Positions 43,835-55,600 of a DNA stretch of 64,000 nt are shown here, piece after piece. A program made the position numbers and the translations under genes. Location: the NCBI GenBank assembly GCA_965222615.1, contig CBDCUI010000009.1, positions 192,001-256,000 on the forward strand, given 5' to 3'. Each line of letters starts with the position of its first letter. Position 1 is the first letter of the stretch. Source of the DNA: Gammaproteobacteria bacterium. Lineage in GTDB: Bacteria > Pseudomonadota > Gammaproteobacteria > UBA4575. The notes under the pieces are model-generated. The model made no database searches and was not told where the DNA came from. It saw only the letters and a list, made by a program, of their open reading frames with translations.

Positions 43835-45103
43835 ATGTATTTACAGCACTTTGGCCTTGAACAACAACCGTTTCAACTGACTCCAGATGCAAATTTCATG
43901 TACTTGAGTAAGCCGCATGCGCGTGCCAAATCGTACATGGAATACACAGTATGGAATCGAGATGGCTTTGTTGTAATCACTGGAGAGATTGGCTCAGGGA
44001 AAACGACACTGATCCAGCAGTTGCTACGTAATGTTAGTGATGATGTCCTCATTGCCCGAATTTATCAGACTCAACTGAATGAAGTTGAGTTCTTTCAGGC
44101 TATATTACTTGAATTTGGTTTAGAGCCTTTCAATGCTGGAAAAGTTGAATTAATGAGTATGCTTAACAACTTTTTGATCGAGCAATACTCACATGGAATT
44201 CAAGTCATACTTGTGGTTGATGAAGCACAGAATTTGAGTAAGCGTGTCCTTGAAGAACTGCGCATGCTTACCGGAATGGAAACAGATGAAGAGCGTATTT
44301 TAAACCTTATATTAGTCGGGCAGCCAGAATTAAAAAATTTATTAGATGCTCCGGGTATGGAACAACTTTCGCAACGCATTCGATTTCGATTTCATTTGAA
44401 GCCCTTAGAGCAAGAAGATATCGCTAATTACATTAGACATAGGCTCGAAATCGCTGGTGCAAAGAAGAAAACTATAATACGAGATGAATGTATCCCACTA
44501 ATATACCGTTATACAGGAGGCATACCTCGTCTTATCAATACGCTTTGTGACACTGCTTTAATTTGTGCTTATGTCGATGGTAAAAAATTGGTAACAGCTA
44601 GCTTCATAGAAGAGGCTGTTACTGAGTTGCAATGGCAGCCATATCACGAAAGAGCTGGTATTAAAGCTCTAGAATCTAAACCGACTATGGCTGTAGATTA
44701 TGATTCTGGTGCTAAGTTAGTGGACATCATGAATGAAGAAGAAGTAGTCGAGCATGTAATCACAGAAAATATTACCTCAATTGGTCGAATACCAGTTAAC
44801 GACATACGCATTAACGATGAAATGGTAAGTGGACATCATGCTAAATTGATACGTTTCCAAGATAATTATTTCATCGAAGATCTTATTAGTACCAATGGCA
44901 CATTTGTGAATGGAAAGCGGATTAAAAAATGCGTACTAAAAGATGGGGATCGTATCGCTTTTGGTCCATACAAAATGTTGTTTCAGGTAGATACATCTTC
45001 GTTATTGAATCCAACTTCTTCCAATAAAGATGATGAATTCAGTAACATAGTTTCGCTTGATGATACTGTGGTTAGTAATCCTGTTGCAGCAAACAACAAA
45101 TAA
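43835..45103 (+). CDS. ExeA/GspA-like AAA ATPase fused to a C-terminal FHA domain
   Basis: MYLQHFGL..PF, GEIGSGKTT, VDEAQNL, LVGQPEL, GGIPRLIN; FHA IGR...VSGHHA...DLISTNGTFVNG. Confidence 0.9.
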   Translation: MYLQHFGLEQQPFQLTPDANFMYLSKPHARAKSYMEYTVWNRDGFVVITGEIGSGKTTLIQQLLRNVSDDVLIARIYQTQLNEVEFFQAILLEFGLEPFNAGKVELMSMLNNFLIEQYSHGIQVILVVDEAQNLSKRVLEELRMLTGMETDEERILNLILVGQPELKNLLDAPGMEQLSQRIRFRFHLKPLEQEDIANYIRHRLEIAGAKKKTIIRDECIPLIYRYTGGIPRLINTLCDTALICAYVDGKKLVTASFIEEAVTELQWQPYHERAGIKALESKPTMAVDYDSGAKLVDIMNEEEVVEHVITENITSIGRIPVNDIRINDEMVSGHHAKLIRFQDNYFIEDLISTNGTFVNGKRIKKCVLKDGDRIAFGPYKMLFQVDTSSLLNPTSSNKDDEFSNIVSLDDTVVSNPVAANNK

Positions 45104-45112
45104 AGGAAGCTC

Positions 45113-45886
45113 TTAGCTGCGTATCCCTATGCCTTTATTCAGCAAATAAAGGCAAATCAAAAACAATACTACAAGAAACCCAATAATTACTGTCATTGAA
45201 ATGGTCAGATTGACATCTGATATACCAAGTATTCCATAACGAAAAGCATTTACCATATAGAGAATAGGATTGGCTAGTGAAATTTGCTGCCAGAAAGTTG
45301 GCAACATTTGTATGCTAAAAAACACTCCACCAAGATACGTAAGTGGTGTAAGGACAAAAGTTGGAATGATAGAAATATCGTCAAAGCTTTTTGCGAATAT
45401 TCCATTAATCAGACCTGCCAGTGAAAATAATGCAGCAGTTAATATAGAAGTTATTAGAATAATAGTGATATTACTGATTTGTAGGCGCGTAAAAATGAGC
45501 GCTACAAATGTTACTGCAATACCTACTGTTATGCCTCGTGCAATACCTCCCAGCATAAACCCTAAAATAATAATATAGTTGGGCATAGGTGATACCAGCA
45601 TCTCTTCTATATGACGTTGAAACTTTGAGCTATAAAAGGATGAGACTGAATTGGCATAAGAATTAGTAATAATGCCCATCATGATTAAGCCGGGAGCGAT
45701 GAATTCTATATAAGAAAAACCATCGATATCACTAAGCTGGGAGCCAATGAACTTTCCCATGATTAAAAAGTATAAGGCCATTGTAATTGCCGGAGGTAAA
45801 ATTGTTTGAACCCAGATTCTTGCAAAGCGAAGAATTTCCTTTGTTACAATTGTGCGTAATCCAATTAATTGCTTTACCAAGTTCAT
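45113..45886 (-). CDS. yadH: ABC-2 transporter permease (YadH-like)
   Basis: RIWVQTILPP, PGLIMM, PLTYLGGVF, NPILYMVNAFRYG. Confidence 0.88.
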   Translation of the reverse strand: MNLVKQLIGLRTIVTKEILRFARIWVQTILPPAITMALYFLIMGKFIGSQLSDIDGFSYIEFIAPGLIMMGIITNSYANSVSSFYSSKFQRHIEEMLVSPMPNYIIILGFMLGGIARGITVGIAVTFVALIFTRLQISNITIILITSILTAALFSLAGLINGIFAKSFDDISIIPTFVLTPLTYLGGVFFSIQMLPTFWQQISLANPILYMVNAFRYGILGISDVNLTISMTVIIGFLVVLFLICLYLLNKGIGIRS

Positions 45887-45892
45887 TTGGAT

Positions 45893-46816
45893 TTATTCAC
45901 TAGTATTTTTTGTTAATGTAAGAAATAGCTCTTCTAGACGGTTAGTCTTATTCTTAATGCTTAGAACAGTAATTCCTTGTTGGTTTAAAGTATTGAACAG
46001 CTCATAGAGAGATTTTTTATTTGATAAAGTAACCTCTAAAGTTTTTTCATCAAGAACATCGTACGAGTACTCATAAAGGTCTAAAGCTTTAGTTATCGGA
46101 TGCTGCAAATATAGAATAAAGCTTTCTTCTTTTAATTTTTCTAAGAGATTTCGCATAGAAGTATCTACTTTGATCTTACCTTGATCAATGATCGCAATAT
46201 TTTTACAGAGGTTTTCTGCTTCTTCCAAGTAATGGGTAGTTAATATAATAGTTTTCCCATCTTCATTTATTTTTCGAAGCATCTTCCACATCGATCTGCG
46301 AATTTCTATATCTACTCCAGCTGTAGGCTCATCTAAAATAAGTAACTCAGGGTTATGGACTAAAGCTCTTGCGATCATTAACCTGCGTTTCATTCCGCCC
46401 GAGAGTTCTCTTGGGATATCTTTGCGTTTTTCCCAAAGCCCCAGTTTTTCAAGACAGTCTTCAGTTGCATCTAATGCTTCATTTTTTGGCACTCCAAAGT
46501 AGCCTGCTTGGTTCTTAATGATTTCAGCCAGTGGCTCAAAATTGTTGAAATTAAATTCTTGTGGAACCAACCCAATTAAGTTCTTCGCTTGGGAAAAATG
46601 CGTGTCGATGTCATAACCAAGAATATGTACTTTGCCTGCTGTTTTGTTAACTAGGGATGTTATGATGCCTATCAGTGTAGATTTGCCAGCACCATTTGGG
46701 CCAAGCAATGCAAAGAAATCACCCAGATTTACATCAAGGTCAATATCTTCCAGTGCAACAACATTATTGCCATAGGTTTTACAAAGCCCACGAATGGATA
46801 AAGCATGTTCAGTCAT
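45893..46816 (-). CDS. yadG: ABC transporter ATP-binding protein (YadG-like)
   Basis: GPNGAGKST, VPQEFNFN, LSGGMKRR, LTTHYLEEAE, NRLEELF. Confidence 0.88.
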   Translation of the reverse strand: MTEHALSIRGLCKTYGNNVVALEDIDLDVNLGDFFALLGPNGAGKSTLIGIITSLVNKTAGKVHILGYDIDTHFSQAKNLIGLVPQEFNFNNFEPLAEIIKNQAGYFGVPKNEALDATEDCLEKLGLWEKRKDIPRELSGGMKRRLMIARALVHNPELLILDEPTAGVDIEIRRSMWKMLRKINEDGKTIILTTHYLEEAENLCKNIAIIDQGKIKVDTSMRNLLEKLKEESFILYLQHPITKALDLYEYSYDVLDEKTLEVTLSNKKSLYELFNTLNQQGITVLSIKNKTNRLEELFLTLTKNTSE

Positions 46817-46874
46817 TTTTTGTGAGAGTATGTTTTTATAATAATTTATTTAGTCTATCGGTATGAGGAGCTAA

Positions 46875-48269
46875 ATGGATAACACAGATTTGATGCATTA
46901 TTTTTATGATGAACAACATGATGACAGTGTACCAATTAATATTGTTACTAAAGAGAATTATAAAGAATGGAAAGCCAAACAAGGTAAGTTTACTCAAAAC
47001 TGGATTCAATCATCAGGCTTTCAGCCCAAAGCAAATAAATACCTATGTATTCCAAATACAGATGGAGGTTTAAATAGTGTACTGGTTATAACCGATCAAG
47101 AAAATACTATTTGGACCCTGGGAGATTGTCCTCAATCTTTGCCTGCAGGCCATTACCATATTGCTGAGAAACCTGAAAATACTAGTGATGATTCGTATTT
47201 ACTTGGCTGGGGTTTGGGGGCCTATCAATTTATCCAATATAAAGATACTAAGAATAAACTATGTAAGATCTCAAACGTACAGCTAACTGATAAAAATTGC
47301 TTAGAAGCACTTTTGAGAGCCACGGCAATAACACGAGATCTGGTAAATACTCCTGCTTCCGATATGATGCCACAGCATTTATTGGAACATAGTCAAGCGC
47401 TTGCCAAACAATTTAATGCAGAGTTAGTTGAATACGAAGGCGATGATTTATTAAAAGAAAACTTCCCAGTTATACATGCAGTAGGGCGAGCTAGTGTACA
47501 CCCACCCAGGCTAATTCAATTGTCATGGGGCGACTCCAAGCACCTTAAAGTAGCCTTAGTGGGCAAAGGTGTGTCTTTTGATAGTGGTGGACTGGATATA
47601 AAGTCTGCTGCCGGTATGCGTTTAATGAAAAAAGACATGGGGGGTGCAGCGCATGTTTTGGGAATCGCAAGTGCGATTATGCAATTAAACTTGCCTGTTT
47701 GTTTACAGGTGTTTATTCCCGCAGTGGAAAATGCTATCTCGGCAAATGCCTATCGTCCAGGTGACGTTATAAAGTCAAGATCTGGTAAAACAATTGAAAT
47801 TGAAAACACAGATGCTGAAGGGCGTTTAATACTTTGCGATGCGATAACTAAAGCGATTGAAAACGATCCAGAAATACTAATTGATTTTGCAACTTTAACA
47901 GGTGCAGCAAGAGTGGCATTGGGAACAGAAGTGCCCGCATTTTTTACTAATGATAAAACTATTGTTGAGGAAATAATGCTTGCTTCTGAAACTGTACATG
48001 ATCCTGTATGGCAATTACCATTGCATAAGCCATATCGATATCTACTGAACAGCAATATTGCAGATATTTCAAATTGCTCTACTGGTTCCTTCGGTGGAGC
48101 AATTACTGCAGCACTCTTTTTAAGTGAATTTGTGCCGATTACAACAAGATGGCTGCATTTTGATGTAATGGCCTGGAATACACGTAACCGACCTGGTCGC
48201 CCAAAAGGTGGGGAGGCAATGGGTTTACGTACTATTATTGAATTTCTACGACAACGATATTCTGCATAG
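46875..48269 (+). CDS. M17 leucyl aminopeptidase family protein
   Basis: VGKGVSFDSGG, MKKDMGGAA, NTDAEGRL, ATLTGA. Confidence 0.93.
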   Translation: MDNTDLMHYFYDEQHDDSVPINIVTKENYKEWKAKQGKFTQNWIQSSGFQPKANKYLCIPNTDGGLNSVLVITDQENTIWTLGDCPQSLPAGHYHIAEKPENTSDDSYLLGWGLGAYQFIQYKDTKNKLCKISNVQLTDKNCLEALLRATAITRDLVNTPASDMMPQHLLEHSQALAKQFNAELVEYEGDDLLKENFPVIHAVGRASVHPPRLIQLSWGDSKHLKVALVGKGVSFDSGGLDIKSAAGMRLMKKDMGGAAHVLGIASAIMQLNLPVCLQVFIPAVENAISANAYRPGDVIKSRSGKTIEIENTDAEGRLILCDAITKAIENDPEILIDFATLTGAARVALGTEVPAFFTNDKTIVEEIMLASETVHDPVWQLPLHKPYRYLLNSNIADISNCSTGSFGGAITAALFLSEFVPITTRWLHFDVMAWNTRNRPGRPKGGEAMGLRTIIEFLRQRYSA

Positions 48270-48288
48270 AAATTAAGACTTATAAATA

Positions 48289-49281
48289 ATGAATAACCCG
48301 CATCGTTTTTGCATTGCTCCTATGATGGAATGTACAGATCGTCATTATCGATATCTTGCGCGTCTTCTGACCAAACGCAGTATGCTCTATACTGAAATGA
48401 TAACTACAGATACCTTATTGCATAGTGATCATGGTTACCATTTAAAGATCAACTCTTGTGAACACCCAATTGCCTTGCAGTTGGGTGGTAGTGATCCAGT
48501 AAAAATGGCTAAATGCTCTGAATACGCTTCTGAATTTAACTACGATGAGATCAATATAAATGTAGGTTGTCCAAGCGATCGTGTACAAGCTGGCAAGTTT
48601 GGAGCAAGCTTGATGCTTGAGCCACAAACCGTTGCAAAATGCATAAAAGAGATGAATAGCGTTACTGATCTCGATGTGACAGTAAAAACGAGAATAGGTG
48701 TAGATGAGCAAGACAGCTATGAGGATTTTGCAAGATTTATAGCTATCATTGCCGATGCAGGTTGCACGGTGGTAATCGTGCATGCAAGAAAAGCATACCT
48801 TTCAGGTTTAAGTCCAAAAGAAAATAGAACGATTCCGCCTTTATGTTACGATTATGTCTATAAAATTAAACAACAACATCCGCAACTTAAAATAATATTG
48901 AATGGAGGTCTTGATAATTTTCAAGATATTCAAAAACATTTAACTGCACTTGACGGGGTGATGGTTGGAAGAAAGGCTTATGAAGATCCTTATTTTTTAG
49001 TCAATGTCGATGCAAAAATATTTAACGAGCAACATACAACTCTTTCGCGGTATGAAATATTAGCCAAGTATCTTAGTTATGCACAAGGACAGTTGGACAA
49101 GGGGGTGCCATTGCATATTCTCACCAAACATATATTCGGAGTGTTTAACGGTGTACCTGGCGCAAAACAATGGCGTCGCTATCTAAGTGAAAATAGACAC
49201 AAAATTGGAACGAATCTTGGTGTAATCCATCATGTAGCGTTAGAGCTTGTTGGCAGAAATAAGCTATCTACTATTTACTAA
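48289..49281 (+). CDS. dusA: tRNA dihydrouridine(20/20a) synthase
   Basis: APMMECTDRH, NVGCPSDRVQ, VHARKA, LSPKENR. Confidence 0.94.
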   Translation: MNNPHRFCIAPMMECTDRHYRYLARLLTKRSMLYTEMITTDTLLHSDHGYHLKINSCEHPIALQLGGSDPVKMAKCSEYASEFNYDEININVGCPSDRVQAGKFGASLMLEPQTVAKCIKEMNSVTDLDVTVKTRIGVDEQDSYEDFARFIAIIADAGCTVVIVHARKAYLSGLSPKENRTIPPLCYDYVYKIKQQHPQLKIILNGGLDNFQDIQKHLTALDGVMVGRKAYEDPYFLVNVDAKIFNEQHTTLSRYEILAKYLSYAQGQLDKGVPLHILTKHIFGVFNGVPGAKQWRRYLSENRHKIGTNLGVIHHVALELVGRNKLSTIY

Positions 49282-49900
49282 AAATGTGTGCGTACTCTTT
49301 TTGTGCTGAAAAATAGTTGTAATCGGTTAGCTCGTCAACGTCGCGCACACTGGATAAACATGTTGTCGACCAACCTAGAGAATTTATTTTTTCTTCCGTA
49401 TCTTTAAGCACCTTATTTGTGCTCCAATTAATGCCACTGAAAATAGATACATGAATTTTATTGGTGCCGATTAGTACATAGCCACCATCGACTGCAGGGC
49501 CTAGTACAATATCATGTCCAGTTTCTAGTTCAGTAAAGGCACGGTTAATATAAGTTAAGTCTAGTTGAGGACAGTCTGAGCCAATCAATACCACTGGTGT
49601 GTCATATTTCAGGTGTTGTCGTATCGCATTATACATGCGCATGCCTATGTCTTTGCCCATTTGCTTATGCAAAGTAAGTGTGTATTTGTTTTGGCAATAT
49701 TTAAAAAAAGGATGATCAGAATCTGGATAGCAATATAATGCGATGTCAAAATTTTCTACGCAAATATTTGTTAAAATATGTTCTAAGATTTTTTTATACA
49801 ACTCTGCAGTGAATTCTTCACCAAGATTGGCAGACAGGCGAGTTTTAACAAACCCTGGCTCAGGGTGCTTGCAAAAACAAATTACAGTTTTGGTTTGCAC
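49271..49900 (-). CDS. TIGR04282-like (DUF2064) glycosyltransferase / nucleotidyltransferase-fold protein
   Basis: PGFVKTRL, IGSDCP, LGPAVDGGYVLIG, DVD. Confidence 0.87.
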   Translation of the reverse strand: MQTKTVICFCKHPEPGFVKTRLSANLGEEFTAELYKKILEHILTNICVENFDIALYCYPDSDHPFFKYCQNKYTLTLHKQMGKDIGMRMYNAIRQHLKYDTPVVLIGSDCPQLDLTYINRAFTELETGHDIVLGPAVDGGYVLIGTNKIHVSIFSGINWSTNKVLKDTEEKINSLGWSTTCLSSVRDVDELTDYNYFSAQKEYAHIFSK

Positions 49901-49904
49901 TAGT

Positions 49905-50582
49905 TTAATAGTAATACTTGGCTAGTTTTTCTGTAGAGGCGCCAAAATAGAACATCAAACGTAGTTTCCACATTGTAACAATAGTTTTTATTGTGCCTTG
50001 TTGCTCCCATTTTCTACTAGAAGAAATTACCTTTTCGGGCAGACATAAAGGATGGGATAGATGTTTTAAACGTGCGCTAACGGCAATGTCTTCCATAATT
50101 ATGTAATCCGGAAATCCCCCGCAGGCAAAATAAGCCTCTCTTCTTACAAACATGGCTTGGTCACCGGTTACGATCCCTGTAACAGCACTGCGGAAATTCA
50201 TAAACCAAGCAATTATTTTAAACATGAAACTTGAATTTGAAAATTTGATAGTAAATCTTCCCCATTGCTTAGAACTTGACTTAAGTGATTTGCAAATCAA
50301 GTTTGTAGCATCAGCAGGTAATATCGTATCGGCATGAAGAAATAAAAGAATTTCATTTGAGCTTTGTTGGGCACCTAGATGTAATTGAAAACCACGAGAT
50401 GGTTTAGAACTAAATGTTTGACAGCCAATTTGTTTCGCAACTTCTATAGAAGCATCACAGCTTCCACTGTCAACAACAATTATTTCGTGTCCTTGTTTGA
50501 TTAAGTCATGCAGCAATGTTTTTTGTTTTGTTAAATTTTGCTCTTCATCTAAAACTGGGATGATTACAGATATTATTGCCAT
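49905..50582 (-). CDS. TIGR04283-like family 2 glycosyltransferase
   Basis: SVIIPVLDE, LFLHADT, TGDQAMFV, MED, SSRKW. Confidence 0.88.
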   Translation of the reverse strand: MAIISVIIPVLDEEQNLTKQKTLLHDLIKQGHEIIVVDSGSCDASIEVAKQIGCQTFSSKPSRGFQLHLGAQQSSNEILLFLHADTILPADATNLICKSLKSSSKQWGRFTIKFSNSSFMFKIIAWFMNFRSAVTGIVTGDQAMFVRREAYFACGGFPDYIIMEDIAVSARLKHLSHPLCLPEKVISSSRKWEQQGTIKTIVTMWKLRLMFYFGASTEKLAKYYY

Positions 50583-50785
50583 GATTTTGAAAGCAATTGT
50601 TCTAAAACAACTATTTTATTTTCTGTAGTGGTTAAATGATTGATTAATCAGCCAATTTTAAATTCAGTTCATTAATATATTTTTGTTACAATTACCGCCA
50701 ACATTCTATTAGTATTGCTAATGAAAACAATTAAATAAGCTAGCACATATTTACTCTTTACTCAGCATGCGAAGGAACGAAATTT

Positions 50786-52096
50786 ATGAAAAATCACATC
50801 CTGAATATTCTCAAATCTCATAAATTTATATTAGTTAGTGTATTCTCCATGGCATCTTTTTCTGTGTATGGTGCCGGATTTCAAATCAGTGAACAGAGTG
50901 GCACAGGATTAGGGCGTGCGTTTGCTGGTTTCGGAGTGATCGGTGATGATCTTTCTATGGCTTTCTACAACCCTGCTGGCTTGACTATGCAAGAAGGCAC
51001 ACAAATCCAAGTAACAGGGTTTGCAATTGATGGCAGTTCAAGATTTGATGCGGATACAGGTCAATCCGGCCGCGTGCCACCACTTGTTCCGTTAGGTAGC
51101 AATGATAATGGGGCTACATTCAGCATAGTACCTAATCTTTATTTTACCATGGATTTAACGGATAGATTAAAATATGGCTTTGCTATTACCGCACCATTTG
51201 GCCTTGCAACGGAATACGATCGGGATTGGGTGGGTCGCTATCAAGCTAAAGAATCAGAGCTGCTTACTGTGAATATTAATCCTTCTCTTGCATATAAGCT
51301 TAGTGATTCATTTTCCATTGGCTTTGGAGTAAGTGCGGAGTATGCCGATGCAACTTTAAGCCAAGCAGTCTTTACGGGTGGCCCTGATGGCTTTGCAGAG
51401 GCAAAGGGAGATGATTGGGGTTATGGGTGGAATGCGGGATTTATGTATCACCCCGATCCAACTTTTCGTGCGGCAGTAGGATTTAGATCTAAGATTCACC
51501 ATAAGTTGTCTGGCGATGATAATGAAATTACTGGCACTCCATTAGGTGGCGGAAATTTTTCATCAGGGGTGGAAGCCAGAGCGACATTACCTGAAGTCGT
51601 GCATGCAGGATTGTACAAAGAATTTGCTTCCAAATGGGGTCTATCTCTTGGTTTCCGGTGGACAAGGTGGAATCGATTGCAAGAACTTATTGTAAAGACC
51701 GATAGCCCATTTGTTCCAGACAGTGTCCTTGAATTGAAATGGGATAATGTAATTTCTGCAAATATTGGTGTGGATTACTACTATTCAGATAAGTGGACAT
51801 TTCGTGCAGGGTATATGTTTGATGAGTCACCTACTGATGATAATTTTAGAACACCTCGAATTCCTGATGAAGATCGCAATTGGTTCGCCGTAGGTGCTAC
51901 CTATAAGCCAAATGAACAATTGCAGTTAGACGTAGGCTTCACACATATTATTGTGGATGATGCCGATATTGAAATAAGAGGAGATGTTATTGCAGCTCCA
52001 CCTGCATCACCAATCGTTGTTACTGATAGTGTCGTGGGAGAATACGACGATTCAGGCGTTAACATTCTTAGTTTACAAGCCGTTTATAAATTTTAA
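50786..52096 (+). CDS. fadL: OmpP1/FadL long-chain fatty acid / hydrophobic compound outer-membrane transporter
   Basis: AGFQISEQS..GLGRAFAG, YNPAG, PFGLATEY, RIPDEDR, terminal YKF. Confidence 0.88.
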   Translation: MKNHILNILKSHKFILVSVFSMASFSVYGAGFQISEQSGTGLGRAFAGFGVIGDDLSMAFYNPAGLTMQEGTQIQVTGFAIDGSSRFDADTGQSGRVPPLVPLGSNDNGATFSIVPNLYFTMDLTDRLKYGFAITAPFGLATEYDRDWVGRYQAKESELLTVNINPSLAYKLSDSFSIGFGVSAEYADATLSQAVFTGGPDGFAEAKGDDWGYGWNAGFMYHPDPTFRAAVGFRSKIHHKLSGDDNEITGTPLGGGNFSSGVEARATLPEVVHAGLYKEFASKWGLSLGFRWTRWNRLQELIVKTDSPFVPDSVLELKWDNVISANIGVDYYYSDKWTFRAGYMFDESPTDDNFRTPRIPDEDRNWFAVGATYKPNEQLQLDVGFTHIIVDDADIEIRGDVIAAPPASPIVVTDSVVGEYDDSGVNILSLQAVYKF

Positions 52097-52109
52097 TTTT
52101 CTCAATAGC

Positions 52110-52143
52110 ATCAACTCACAAGTTAACAAGCTTGCGAGTTGAT
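52110..52143 (+). terminator. hairpin after fadL
   Basis: ATCAACTCACAAG-N8-CTTGCGAGTTGAT. Confidence 0.5.
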
Positions 52144-52619
52144 TAGTTCAACAAACCTATCAATAAGCTCAAAATCTTTGAGCGATATTTTGTTTGACTA
52201 AAATACATTTAGTTTTCATTTGGTTATTCCTCGCAAGTTTTACAAGTCTTTGCAATGTAATACAAATTTAGCGACATGTTTCGCAGAAATAGAGTAGGCA
52301 TTGGCAGAGGATCAAGTTTGTTGACGGTAAAACAGTTCAGCAGTTGGTGCCGGTAATAAAAGCGTTACTTGATTATTTTTAATGATAATTGCTTTTTATA
52401 ATTAAATTGCACTCATCGAAAATTAATCGTTGCTTTTTAGTACGTTACGAATTTTTGTTCTGTTTATTTTAGATGTGGAAATTTAGTTTGTGTATTCCAA
52501 TTTTAAAAAAACTGCCAATAAAATAGTTTGAAATTTGCAATTAAAGTAAATTATCATGAGATTATTGTAAGTGAATAAATTTTCCTTACAAAAAATAACA
52601 AAATACCAGGTGGGAGAAT

Positions 52620-55600
52620 ATGAGAACGAAGGATTTCGTATCTCATTTGCTACTATTAATAAGTATCTATGCATTAGCCGTATCTAGTGCAAATTCCAGT
52701 GACTCAGCTGAAGTAGCAAATTGGCAAACTACATTCAATAGCGTCAATTCATCGACATATGTTGAGGATAGGTTGTGGACACCTGAAATATATTCACGTC
52801 TGGCAACCGCTGATACTCATAGCAATAACAATTCTCGAAGTAGTCAAAGCAAATATCACAAGAAAAGAAAAAAACGTAAGCAAGCAGATCTGTCTTTACG
52901 CAAGAGTGTAAACAATCCACGTCCGGATGTTGGAGAGTTTGTTACCTTTACGATTACTGTAAAAAACGATGGCCCGGCAGGCACTGATTACGCAGTGGCT
53001 GATGTAATTCCAAGAGGCTATACCCACATCACTAATATCAGTAAAGGTGGTCATCTGGAAGGTAATGTAATTACTTGGAAACATAATTGGATCGATGCAG
53101 GTGTAAAGCAAACTTTTAGTTTTCGTGCATTGGTTAAAGAGAAAACTGGAGCAAAAGACGAATATAAAAATGTTGCGCAAATCATAAAAAGCAATCGGCC
53201 TGATCCCGACAGCAAACCAAATAATGATGATGGCGATCAAAGTGAAGATGATGAGGACTTCGCAATTGTTGAACCTCAATCCAATGTGGCAGATTTTTCA
53301 TTACATAAAAATGTTGATAACAGAACACCGAATATAGGAGATGTAGTAACTTTTACGATTAGCGTTAAAAACTATGGCCCAGCAGGAGGAGATTATGATG
53401 TACAAGATTTGCTTCCTCCTGGGTTTAGTAAAATCTCGTACATCAACAGGGGAGGTATTCTAAAAGGCAATAAAATTACCTGGAAAGGGCAGTGGATAGG
53501 CAAAGGTGAAACACAGGTATTTAAATTTCGTGCAACCGTAAATTCTCCCAAATGTGTAGCTGATGAATATAAAAATATTGCACAAATCATAAAAAGTAAC
53601 CGACCCGATCCCGACAGTACGCCGAACAACGACGATGGTGATCAAAGTGAAGATGATGAAGACAGTGTTGTTGTTATTCCAAACACCGATATCTGCGATA
53701 CGAATAATGCGGATTTATCGTTACAAAAGACGGTTGATAATAAAACCCCAAATATTGGTGATGTAGTTACTTTTAAAATTAAAGTCAAAAATGATGGTCC
53801 GTCTGGTGCTGATTATCATCTTGAAGATGTAGTTCCCAGCGGTTTCAGCAATATTACTGGTATTACGAGGAATGGTGCACTTGCTGGTAATACGATTACA
53901 TGGAAAAGGCAATGGATAGACAAAGGTGAAATACAGGTATTTAAATTTCATACAACCGTAAATTCACCAAAATGTGTAGCCAGTGAATATAAAAATGTTG
54001 CACAAATCATAAAAAGCAATCGACCTGATCCCGACAGTACGCCGAACAACGACGATGGCGATCAAAGCGAAGATGATGAAGACAGTGCAGCTGTTATTCC
54101 AAATACTAATATCTGTGACATCGGTACTTCTGACTTATCACTAAACAAAACAGTTAACAATGCCACCCCGAATGTAGGTGACACCGTGACGTTTAGTATT
54201 GTGGTGAGCAATGCCGGCCCGGATGCTGCCACCAATGTAGGGGTGAGTGACATTGTACCGGTGGGCTACAGCAACATCAGTAATGTCAGCAATGGCGGCA
54301 GTGTCAATGGCAACAATATTAGTTGGAATGTTGCCAGCATTGCTAGTGGAGCGAGTGTCGCATTGAGCTTTAGTGCAGAAGTGCTCGCACCCACCGGTGT
54401 GGCCGATGAATACAAGAACACGGCCCAAGTCAGTGCTAGTGATCAAAGTGATCCGGACAGTACGCCGAACAATGATGATGGCGATCAAAGTGAAGATGAT
54501 GAAGACAGTGCCAGTGTAATCCCAGGCGGTAGTGCAGGCGTTGCCGATCTGATGTTAACCAAGAGTGTCGACAATGCCACCCCGAATGTAGGCGAGGTGG
54601 TGACGTTTAGTATTGTGGTGAGCAATGCCGGACCCGATGCCGCCACCAATGTAGGGGTGAGTGACATTGTACCGGTGGGCTACAGCAACATCAGTAATGT
54701 CAGCAATGGCGGCAGTGTCAATGGCAACAATATTAGTTGGAGTGTTGCCAGCATTGCTAGTGGAGCGAGTGTCGCATTGAGCTTTACCGCAGAAGTGCTC
54801 GCACCCACCGGTGTGGCCGATGAATACAAGAACACGGCCCAAGCCAGTGCTAGTGATCAAAGTGATCCGGACAGTACACCGAACAATGATGATGGCGATC
54901 AAAGTGAAGATGATGAAGACAGTGCCAGTGTAATCCCAGGCGGTAGTGCAGGCGTTGCCGATCTGATGTTAACCAAGAGTGTCGACAATGCCACCCCGAA
55001 TGTAGGCGAGGTGGTGACGTTTAGTATTGTGGTGAGCAATGCCGGACCGGATGCTGCCACCAATGTAGGGGTGAGTGACATTGTACCGGTGGGCTACAGC
55101 AACATCAGTAATGTCAGCAATGGCGGCAGTGTCAATGGCAACAATATTAGTTGGAGTGTTGCCAGCATTGCTAGTGGAGCCAGTGTCGCGTTGAGCTTTA
55201 GTGCAGAAGTACTCGCCCCAACGGGTGTAGCCGATGAATACAAGAACACCGCCCAAGTTAGCGCCAGTGATCAAAGTGATCCGGATAGTACGCCGAACAA
55301 TGATGATGGCGATCAAAGTGAAGATGATGAAGACAGTGCCAGTGTAATCCCAGGCGGTAGTGCAGGCGTTGCCGATCTGATGTTAACCAAGAGTGTCGAC
55401 AATGCCACCCCGAATGTAGGCGAGGTGGTGACGTTTAGTATTGTGGTGAGCAATGCCGGACCGGATGCTGCCACCAATGTAGGGGTGAGTGACATTGTAC
55501 CGGTGGGCTACAGCAACATCAGTAATGTCAGCAATGGCGGCAGTGTCAATGGCAACAATATTAGTTGGAATGTTGCCAGCATTGCTAGTGGAGCGAGTGT

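Noticed and set aside
52260-52420. c-di-GMP riboswitch or Fur box upstream of the adhesin gene
   Set aside because: No GEMM core is recognisable; AATGATAATTG is only a partial Fur-like match in very AT-rich DNA
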